NCBI GenBank assembly: GCA_047495785.1
Contig: JBLDXI010000012.1
Location: forward strand, 186,001 to 250,000
Reading direction: 5' to 3'
DNA: 64,000 nt
From: Lepidodermella squamata
Lineage: Eukaryota; Animalia; Gastrotricha
Shown here: in pieces, positions 56,188 through 64,000 of the stretch
How the letters are laid out: each line of letters starts with the position of its first letter
Position numbering within the stretch: the stretch's first letter is position 1
Notes under the pieces: generated by a model
Told to the model about the DNA's origin: nothing
Seen by the model: the letters and a program-made list of their open reading frames with translations, nothing else
The model's database searches: none
Program-made: the position numbers and the translations under genes

Positions 56188-58977
56188 TCAGTTGTCTTGG
56201 TTAGTATGAACGCCGTTTAGGTTTAACCCAGCTTCAACGGATGAAACCATAGCTTTCGGTTTCCTCAGGCTAAATCCACCCCCAGCGAATCGCTCAGTCC
56301 TAGGACGGCCGACTAGGCTAGGTAGCCGGCGGCCAACTCGTGTTTGAACGAAGAGGTGCCGATTCACGGCACTGCTACCCTGCCTTTCCTGCATCGCCGC
56401 TTGTCTAAGGATGCTGAAGCCATTTTGTGTAGCTGTGTTCTTCTTCTTCTCGACAAAGTACTTCTTTTTAGCATCGGCTAATTCTTGAGCGATACGATCC
56501 ACCTCGAACTTCGTTTCATTGTCTCGCCGTTCGAACATGTTCAACTCGCCAGCCATCGCTTGCATTTGACGATTTTGTTTACGCAGAACCACTTGATAGC
56601 TTGAAATTTTGTCAGCAACTTCGAAGCCGGGTTGCTTGGCTAGAATTCGCTTCAACTCCAGATATAGACGATCTTTCTCCTCGATTATGTTATTGGCCTT
56701 CGCGAGCATTTGGACCTTGCGTATCAAACGCTTTTGTAGATACTGAGTTTTCTTGATGAGTTCGAATGCAGACGGGTCATGGCCCTCAAGTTTCCGCCAC
56801 CGATGGATATTAAGAGGGCGGCTGAGTTCTTCCTCTAGAGCTTTTGACCTGGCCCGCTCGCGGAGAAGTTCTCGATGCACATGGTAGTACTCATTCTTCA
56901 GCTCTTCAGATTCACGAGCAACTATTTTAGATTTCGTCAAGTCTCGTCGGAGGCGCCGTATTTCGATCTTAAGGAGGCGGATATCCTCGATTCGGTCGTG
57001 GTAAGACATTTCGCCCTTCCTCATTACCGATTGCTGTATCTTGATCTTCTCGTAGAGCAGAGCCAACTCATCGTTTCTTCGGATAAGCTGCGATCCAAGA
57101 ATGTCGCGTTCAGATGTGATATTTTCGATTTCTTTCTTTAGTTTCACGCAAGTTGCTTCACAATCTCGGATGATTCTCAGCAGTTTATTGCTCTCCATTT
57201 GTTGGCGTTGAATGTAGGACTTTGACTCCATCATCTGTTCCTTGATTCTGATCAGCTCAGTGCTCAACATGTCGCGCTCAGATGTGACGTTCTGCTTCTC
57301 GAGTCGTTCTTTCACAGTAACAGCCTCTCGGTCAGCAATTTCCTCTCGCAGTTGGTCGATGGTGTGATTAGTTACCAGTAGTTTCCGCTTCATCTCAGTC
57401 ATTTCATCTTGACTTTCCATCAAGTTCTTCGAGTACAAGTTGCGATCGCTTCGAACAGCTTCGTACAGATTCATTTGCTGTTTCACTTTAGTTTCGAGCT
57501 CTGCAAGCTTCTTCTTCAGGTCGAAGATTTCGTTCTCACGAACTTTGACCTCTTCCATGTAGGTGAGCGTCTTTTGGGTCAAATCAGCAGCTTCGTTGAT
57601 GTAGCGATCACGGTCTTTTTCTAGCTGGTAAATGATCTGCCGCTGCTTTTGTGCCTCGGCTCGGTAGTTGGCGATCTCGGCATCCATATGCCTCATGGTC
57701 TGATCACCAGCTTTGGCGATCGTGGCTTGCCTGACAGCCTCATTCGATGCTTTTCGCAGGTTCGAATCAATCAAGTCCCTTTCTCGAGCAGCATTGGCGA
57801 TTTGCTTACGATCAGCCTCCATCTGCCGCTTCATATTGTCAATAGTCTTCTCCAGTGTGGATATCTGCGTGGCGTACATTTCCTTTTCTTCGTCAGCTTC
57901 TTTCTTCGCCTCTTCTAGCAGATGAACCTTGCGTTGGAATGTATCGCGCTGGCGATTTATTTTTACGATCTCCATTTTTGCTGCCGTGATGTTCTCTTCA
58001 ACAGTTTTGTAAGCAGTTTTCAATTCCGTGAGCTCTTCAGTTGCTTTTACCGCTCGACTAGCCGCTTTATCGTAGTCCTCCTGAGCCTTCGCCAACTGCT
58101 CCTGAGCTAATTCGGCCTCTTTTTGCGATCGATCGGCAATGATTTTCTGCTCTTTAAACAGATATTCTTGCTGTTGCCGTTCTGATTTCAGTTTTTCAAG
58201 TTGTACTGATAGCGTTTTGATTTCTTCGCCTTTCGCCTCGGCATCTTCTTTTGTTTTACGCAGTTCAGTCTCTAGCTTTTCTCGCCTCCTTATCTCTCGC
58301 TGAATTTCGGCTTGCTTCGCCTGCATTTCGTAGGTCACCTGCAGAATTTTCCCGTTTAGATCTTGTCTTTCGTCTTGAAATTGCCGGGTGTCTTCGACTA
58401 TAGCCGCCATCTTCGTCTTCAAATCTTCGACTTCATTCTTCTTCTCCTCAACAGTTGCCTCGAGCTCGCTTTTCATTTTCATCAGGTCCTTGTAGGAAAA
58501 TTTGCCGTTAGCCATTTCGAAGCCGCCGCTGACCTCCAAAATTTTTGTCAACTTGACGATTTCAGCTTTCAGCTCAGTGATTTTCTCGCGACTGTTCTCC
58601 TCCTTCCGCTTCATGTCGTCAATCATGTCCCACGCGCGTTTGTTCTCGCGCTGCAGCGACGTAATCGAACTCGCTTCATCGGCCAATGCAGCCACTCTCG
58701 ACGTGTTTTTGATCAGCTCGGCGTGTAGATCGCGGCATTTGTTCATCAGCCGCTTTTCGGCCTCTCGGCTCTTCTTCAGCGCCCGGTAGAGCCTTTCATA
58801 TTCGTGCTTTACGCGGTCAGACTTCTCAGTGCCAATAACTTCGGTAACAGCGACGTTGAACTCATGCACTAACTCTTCAAGCGTACTTTCGTCGACGCTG
58901 AGTTTGACATCGCCGATCGTGTCATCAATCCGCTCCTTACTCGACGACTTTCTAGACCGGTCCGAACTAGAAGACAT
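56188..58977 (-). CDS. CFAP58: Cilia- and flagella-associated protein 58 (CCDC147), intronless
   Basis: 929-aa coiled coil with CFAP58-family motifs YEAVRSDRNLYSKNL, ERDILGSQLIRRNDELALLYEKIKIQQS, ALEEELSRPLNIHRWRKLEG..LQKRLI. Confidence 0.9.
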   Translation of the reverse strand: MSSSSDRSRKSSSKERIDDTIGDVKLSVDESTLEELVHEFNVAVTEVIGTEKSDRVKHEYERLYRALKKSREAEKRLMNKCRDLHAELIKNTSRVAALADEASSITSLQRENKRAWDMIDDMKRKEENSREKITELKAEIVKLTKILEVSGGFEMANGKFSYKDLMKMKSELEATVEEKKNEVEDLKTKMAAIVEDTRQFQDERQDLNGKILQVTYEMQAKQAEIQREIRRREKLETELRKTKEDAEAKGEEIKTLSVQLEKLKSERQQQEYLFKEQKIIADRSQKEAELAQEQLAKAQEDYDKAASRAVKATEELTELKTAYKTVEENITAAKMEIVKINRQRDTFQRKVHLLEEAKKEADEEKEMYATQISTLEKTIDNMKRQMEADRKQIANAARERDLIDSNLRKASNEAVRQATIAKAGDQTMRHMDAEIANYRAEAQKQRQIIYQLEKDRDRYINEAADLTQKTLTYMEEVKVRENEIFDLKKKLAELETKVKQQMNLYEAVRSDRNLYSKNLMESQDEMTEMKRKLLVTNHTIDQLREEIADREAVTVKERLEKQNVTSERDMLSTELIRIKEQMMESKSYIQRQQMESNKLLRIIRDCEATCVKLKKEIENITSERDILGSQLIRRNDELALLYEKIKIQQSVMRKGEMSYHDRIEDIRLLKIEIRRLRRDLTKSKIVARESEELKNEYYHVHRELLRERARSKALEEELSRPLNIHRWRKLEGHDPSAFELIKKTQYLQKRLIRKVQMLAKANNIIEEKDRLYLELKRILAKQPGFEVADKISSYQVVLRKQNRQMQAMAGELNMFERRDNETKFEVDRIAQELADAKKKYFVEKKKNTATQNGFSILRQAAMQERQGSSAVNRHLFVQTRVGRRLPSLVGRPRTERFAGGGFSLRKPKAMVSSVEAGLNLNGVHTNQDN

Positions 58978-59065
58978 GTTAAAATCCTAAAAATCACAAA
59001 TCTAAAGTTAACTGCGGTTGGACTGGTAGTAGCAATATAATATTAAGCTGGATTACGAGAGTTGT

Positions 59066-59157
59066 GTTGCTAGGTAGGTCTCTTTTCTCTCTGAGCTTAG
59101 TTCGCTTGTTGGCATCTTGTCTTGTTTTCCTTATCGATAGGCCTGTAGTTAGGCAAC
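59066..59157. promoter_or_regulatory. Two RFX X-box-like motifs upstream of CFAP58
   Basis: GTTGCTAGGTAG (59066-59077) and GTAGTTAGGCAAC (59145-59157), each with one good half-site. Confidence 0.5.
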
Positions 59158-60320
59158 AGCCGTCTCATTGTTAGCCCGAACTATTGATAGTATATGCATT
59201 CACTCCATCGCGTTCAACTTACGGCGAACAATAGACTTGCTAATACCCGTTGTGTATTAGTAAAGTGATCAAACTCATCGTTTTATTAATATTTAATGCA
59301 AAATTACGTCGGACAAACATATAGGCAAGAGCCCTCTGCTAATTTTCTATTGATTCTCGGAATATTTCCAAATTATCGATTCAACATGATTGCCATTATC
59401 TTGAGCTAGTCAAGCAAAAAGCGGATCAATAATAATTTTTTATCAGTGTTTTCCTTTCGCTCATAACAACTGAACCGGATTCAGGAGAACAATCATGGAT
59501 TTAAGCGGTTCAATTAGCAAGGATTTATATGTCTCGAATTCACACATTTCGTTGCAGAAGATGCGCCGCGGGCCATAGATTACAGGCCGCAAGAATGTTC
59601 AGCTTTCATTTGACCAGGTAAATTTATTAGATCGAAGATAGGTCAACAGACCGATACCTGATCACATTTTCACGCCCCGTGTCTGTTTCTCAACGTAAAT
59701 TGACGTTTGGCATTTGGACCTGGAGAATTAAGTTAGCCTTCCCACACCGAAAATCTAAAAAAAGCAGTCCTTGATATTGAGCTACCCACGCCCCATTATT
59801 TTTTGCGATATATATTGCCTTAATTGAATTTGACCGCATATTTCAGCAAAAATTGTACTATGCTGCAAATTTAGATCTTTATTCGATAGAATGTTGACCT
59901 CAGCATTTGCGCCCACTCAGCTCTTCACGGGGGGCGAGATCGCCTTCGTGTATTTGACTCAAATTACAAGTGACCCATTTCGCCTTGACATTAACGACAG
60001 TTATGACGAAAACAGTGCTATTCTAGCATCATGCATCATACGTACCTTACTTCCTTCCATTATCGTGGGTAACACGAGACCTTGGTTTGCAAACTGCACC
60101 GCCTCTGCTTGCAGACTAAAAGATTTTCAACAGACTCTACTGATTTGATGATTCTTTCTGTCAGTCTGTTGGTTTAGGGTCAGATTATTCATATTATCAG
60201 AGACCAGACGGCAAGTTTATGAAGATATGCCATTTATTGACCACTTGATCCCCTAATTATCTGGAACCGTCCGATTTAAGGATATCCATTTCATTTCTTA
60301 TTTTGCCACCTCAATTAGAA

Positions 60321-60530
60321 ATGAATTTTTCGCTTATTTACTTATGCAGCGCCATCGTGGCACTGGCGTTGGTCGTATTCTCGGCGCAAGCTGCGGAAGA
60401 TGCAGCTGCTGGTCCTTTCTTTTACAAAAGCCGCAATAAGATCATGTACCGAGTTCCGGCTAACGAGAAGCTATACAGATCGATGGCCAGACAGACACCG
60501 AAACGAATGCGGCTGTCGATCAAAAATTAA
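60321..60530 (+). CDS. Secreted peptide (PF[FY]Y.SR pair)
   Basis: ATG at 60321; signal peptide MNFSLIYLCSAIVALALVVFSAQA. Confidence 0.86.
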   Translation: MNFSLIYLCSAIVALALVVFSAQAAEDAAAGPFFYKSRNKIMYRVPANEKLYRSMARQTPKRMRLSIKN

Positions 60531-60943
60531 AGAGACAATAAGAAAATTCGCACGTTAATTCGATAATATTATTCATTAATTTTTATTAATTCGAAATAAT
60601 TTTACCCTTGGTGACTGTTATGAGTCATTTCGCCCCCTACGTCATCGAAATAAAAGATCTTTACAGTGACATCTATTGGAGATCTGAGAATGACATCATG
60701 TGTGGGCGTGCTTTTAGTAGTTGATGAGGCATCTTTTGTTTCGCACTTTTTCAAAAAACGCGAATGAGTGCAACGAAAATTTGAGAATTTCAATATACTT
60801 AACAGCAGAAAAAAGATAAAACACATGTATAATTAAGTGAAATTAACTTGAATGAGGAGGATGTTTGAATATTATTATTTGTCAGAGTGGGTCATTTCGC
60901 CATCTTCTACTCCGGTATTTTCATACTGACACTGGAAATTAAC

Positions 60944-61177
60944 ATGAATAAATCGGCTGTTTTTATCCTCATTGCTGTCATTGCCATTGCAGAGGCACTT
61001 CCGATGTCGAACCCGAGAAGTGGTGGCAAAGTTTTCAGCGTGATTTCGCCACCGTCCGTGCTGCGCCGCTTTTTGCTGCCAGGATCGGCTCCGAAAGTGT
61101 TTTCTGCACGATGGAAAAATCCGAAAACAAAGCGCAAAGCTCCCCAGGCGATAAACCTCGATTCAGACTTGTTCTAG
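60944..61177 (+). CDS. Secreted basic peptide
   Basis: aacATG at 60944; signal peptide MNKSAVFILIAVIAIAEA; KVFS twice. Confidence 0.86.
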   Translation: MNKSAVFILIAVIAIAEALPMSNPRSGGKVFSVISPPSVLRRFLLPGSAPKVFSARWKNPKTKRKAPQAINLDSDLF

Positions 61178-61353
61178 AGCATCAGTTAATTGATATTTGC
61201 CATTGTATTTTATTCAGGAAATACTTCATATTGATGTTACTATGTAGCGCAAATTTGGAAAAATGTGAGAAATTACAAGTTGTAAACAATCCATTCATTG
61301 GAGTTTTCTTTCATTTCTCCGCTGAGATATTTTTCGAAAATAAATCAAGAAAT

Positions 61354-61557
61354 ATGTTTGGCTGGAAGTTTTTAGCCATTTACGTGGCTGCATTTCTCGT
61401 GACGGTGATGGGGTCTAACAAGCCGTTTTACTACAACAGCCGAAAGACTATCATTCAACCGGCGAGTTTCCAAAAGTTGGCACCGTCGGTCGAGGACAAA
61501 GCCTGGCGTGTTTTGGATGCAAACCGCAAACTTGCTAAATATCAATCGAGATCTTAA
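61354..61557 (+). CDS. Secreted peptide (PF[FY]Y.SR pair)
   Basis: ATG at 61354; signal peptide MFGWKFLAIYVAAFLVTVMG. Confidence 0.84.
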   Translation: MFGWKFLAIYVAAFLVTVMGSNKPFYYNSRKTIIQPASFQKLAPSVEDKAWRVLDANRKLAKYQSRS

Positions 61558-62165
61558 CGCGCACTTTACCTGTCGTAGGGCAAAAAACCAATTCACTAGA
61601 GACTATACAACACCCCCGCATTGCCGGTGAACTGGCCTACTTCAAACCGAACTGTCAAGCCCCTTGTTTTCATAGAGTGGAATAATTATTATTGTTTTGA
61701 ATCATTCGGGAGAAATACTTAATAAAAATCGATTGTCAATAAAAGTACAATAAAGTTTATATCCTTCAGTTGACTTCTCAAGTGGTTAAGTTCCGAAAAT
61801 TGACCATTAATCTATAATGTTCCGGCCCCTCTGTATTTTTTTTACGAGCGGAAAGCATGTTTTCTACCGTATAAGGATTATACAAGTGAGCAAAACAAGG
61901 CTATTTTTTTGTTTCCGGCCATGATGGTCCAAACGACGCAAATGCCTGATTCATTGCGACATCTATTTTTCGCCAGGACTTTTAATTGTATTTCCTGTTA
62001 TTTTTGCCCGTTTTTAGCCTTTACAGTCGATAATTAGCAGAGAATGCAAGGTTGCGACGTACTGACCCATGTCTTTTTTTTAAAGAATTCTCATGCATAT
62101 TCGATTTTTGATTTTGTCACAGAAGTGAAACATTGTTTTTTCAACATTTTAGATACTTTTTCTAA

Positions 62166-62531
62166 ATGAGGACTTTCGCAATATTCGCCGCGATTTTAGC
62201 GACGATCATCGGGTCTCTCGAGGCTAACCGATTTTCCAGCGCTAAATCTTCGGCCTACGGCGAGAATCGTCAAATCGCAGACTTGATATACGTTCCGTAT
62301 CAGTCGAAATCAGCTATCAGCTACGCTGTTAATCCGAAACAAACTGTCCTAGTCAGCGTTGATACCCGCAACAAGCCAAAAGAGGAGCTGCTCGTCAATC
62401 CAAAACTGCTATTCACCGCTGATCTGAAAACTGGCGTGAAGTCTGCGATAAACGATGACCGTCGAAAACGGCTATTGCGGTCGGCTTGGTTCGGGAATAA
62501 CAATAACGCCCCCGTAGTATTTGTACCTTAG
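62166..62531 (+). CDS. Secreted peptide precursor
   Basis: Signal peptide MRTFAIFAAILATIIGSLEA; RRKR site. Confidence 0.88.
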   Translation: MRTFAIFAAILATIIGSLEANRFSSAKSSAYGENRQIADLIYVPYQSKSAISYAVNPKQTVLVSVDTRNKPKEELLVNPKLLFTADLKTGVKSAINDDRRKRLLRSAWFGNNNNAPVVFVP

Positions 62532-62792
62532 ACGGAAATTAATGATGCGTGAATTCTTGAAAAAATCGATTGATTTTATTAGGCTAGTTTACACCGCATA
62601 GATTGATACTGATGAAAATAACCGTGATTGGTGCAGAATTTGGTACAGAAGGACAAGTAAACAGGAATCATTAAATCAACTTTCTTTGATGTGAAAACAC
62701 GGTCACGAAATTGAAAGCATCCGGTCAATTAAGCTGGTTGCCGCTGAAATGTAGGTTTCCGCATTCGCTTTAACATCGCTAATTCTGCAAAC

Positions 62793-63095
62793 ATGAATTC
62801 TTTTTCAAATAAATCCATCTTTGTCTTCACTTTGCTTATGATAGCTTTTTTCAATTGTGAGACAAATGCATTCGGCAGCTCTCTTATAAGCCACAGCCAT
62901 GACAGTCGTCAATCAAAGTCTGCGCCTGATCCTCGGCTTAGGGGCCTACAGAGGCCGAAACGTTACCTTGTAAGAGATGGCGACTTTATTCTAGGCTCGC
63001 TGATTTCAAATCGACCGAAGCGTTTGTTAAAACTGGACACAGACGGCGCAGCTCCAGTTTGGCAATACGAGTACGAGCTCGATCACGATCACTAA
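62793..63095 (+). CDS. Secreted multi-peptide precursor
   Basis: Signal peptide MNSFSNKSIFVFTLLMIAFFNCETNA; two RPKR sites; AATAAA at 63171. Confidence 0.88.
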   Translation: MNSFSNKSIFVFTLLMIAFFNCETNAFGSSLISHSHDSRQSKSAPDPRLRGLQRPKRYLVRDGDFILGSLISNRPKRLLKLDTDGAAPVWQYEYELDHDH

Positions 63096-63210
63096 AATCA
63101 TAGATTTCCAATTTGACTCACTATTATAGAGCATCAGCTTAAATGTTCTGTGATCATAGGTTTATTAGTGAATAAAATTAACTCGAAAAATCTAGCATCC
63201 TATTTGCAAT

Positions 63211-63522
63211 TTATCCTAGAACAGAGCGCAGTAAATTTTCTTCAGGATCATTCCATTTGCTGAGAGATGAAAGCTGATAACTAAGGTCGCCCAGTGAATT
63301 CGATTTTGCGCTGCTGTAAGCGCTGAGAGTGTTGCCGAGTTGATTGTACAACAGCGAATCTTCATCGATAGCATCGTCAGAATCGTTCCAATAGGGAAGC
63401 GGCTCGTAAAGCCAGTAAGGATCTTGACGGCGATTGGATGAAGACGCCAGCGGTTTTGCACTGAGAGTCGATATTGATAGGACCAGAAGCAAGAATGCTA
63501 AACATGTTTTCACCGCGAGCAT
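63211..63522 (-). CDS. Secreted peptide precursor
   Basis: Signal peptide MLAVKTCLAFLLLVLSISTLSA; RR-QDPYW; terminal Gly. Confidence 0.87.
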   Translation of the reverse strand: MLAVKTCLAFLLLVLSISTLSAKPLASSSNRRQDPYWLYEPLPYWNDSDDAIDEDSLLYNQLGNTLSAYSSAKSNSLGDLSYQLSSLSKWNDPEENLLRSVLG

Positions 63523-64000
63523 GTTTTGCTGAAAGAATCCTTTATTCGTGTTGTAGTGTCCCAGCTCTTCCAGTAGTCAGGATGAATATGTGCCGGCACG
63601 TGATTTTATCGTGACACGTCATGTATCAATTTCCTCCCACTGGAACGTGTTTAAACTGTTTTTGTGCGAAGCCACTTTAAGCTGATAATTTCCTCTTGAG
63701 CTAAAAAAACAGCACGGATTGCCTACTCAATATTTCTACGCTTCGTTTTATTCAATAATGTGTGGTCGTAAAATTGAAATTTTCGATCGATGAAATTAGC
63801 CGTTTTCATTCTAAAAATACAACTCATCTGCAGAGGATTACACTTATATCGACCGGCTTCCAGGGATAGCATGCGCTTTCAAGCTACAGGGGATTGATGA
63901 TTGATAACAAAATGAAGAGGCAGATATCCCATTTGAATCTGAGCTCAAGGTATTAAGAATTGGTAGCCGCCCTTTTTAATGGAAATCGCCTTTTATAGCG

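Noticed and set aside
56875-58789. Plus-strand ORFs inside CFAP58, and similar antisense ORFs over peptide genes (e.g. 9415-9717, 43076-43366, 48166-48489)
   Set aside because: Shadow frames of real genes; no signal peptide or start context
5797-63120. Recurrent TGA[GC]TCA (AP-1-like) sites as a shared cluster regulator
   Set aside because: About 11 were seen by eye; a rough expectation at ~40% GC is about 8 in 64 kb, so there is no convincing enrichment
1-64000. Prokaryotic or phage origin, CRISPR arrays, rRNA/tRNA genes
   Set aside because: Spliceosomal introns, poly(A) signals and CFAP58 indicate a eukaryote; no repeat-spacer array or structured RNA gene was recognised

Overview
Eukaryotic DNA, most likely from a ciliated invertebrate with a compact genome. 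Evidence: short GT-AG introns, AATAAA signals, TATA boxes, A-rich start contexts, a (TTAGGG)n tract and an axonemal CFAP58 gene. About 4.5-63.5 kb is one dense mega-cluster of ~70 short genes (~55-215 aa, about one per 0.85 kb), almost all with a single coding exon. Each encodes an N-terminal signal peptide and a nearly Cys-free pro-region, often with acidic spacers and KR/RR sites, as in peptide-hormone, neuropeptide or host-defence peptide precursors. The genes are highly divergent but fall into small paralog sets: FLx5H[YF]DS[YF], EAR[YF], VPAA, HWQ..AY..WR and others. A few contain textbook amidated peptides (pQSIDRPTRFa, IYVERSRYa) or single-disulfide rings. The left arm is almost all on the minus strand and the right arm on the plus strand. 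Embedded in the cluster are an intronless, bacterial-type secreted tandem-DUF1566 (Lcl C-terminal) gene, a horizontal-transfer candidate, and an intronless CFAP58. The left end holds a 1.8-kb TIR DNA transposon. Signal peptides and family calls were made by eye; no search was run.
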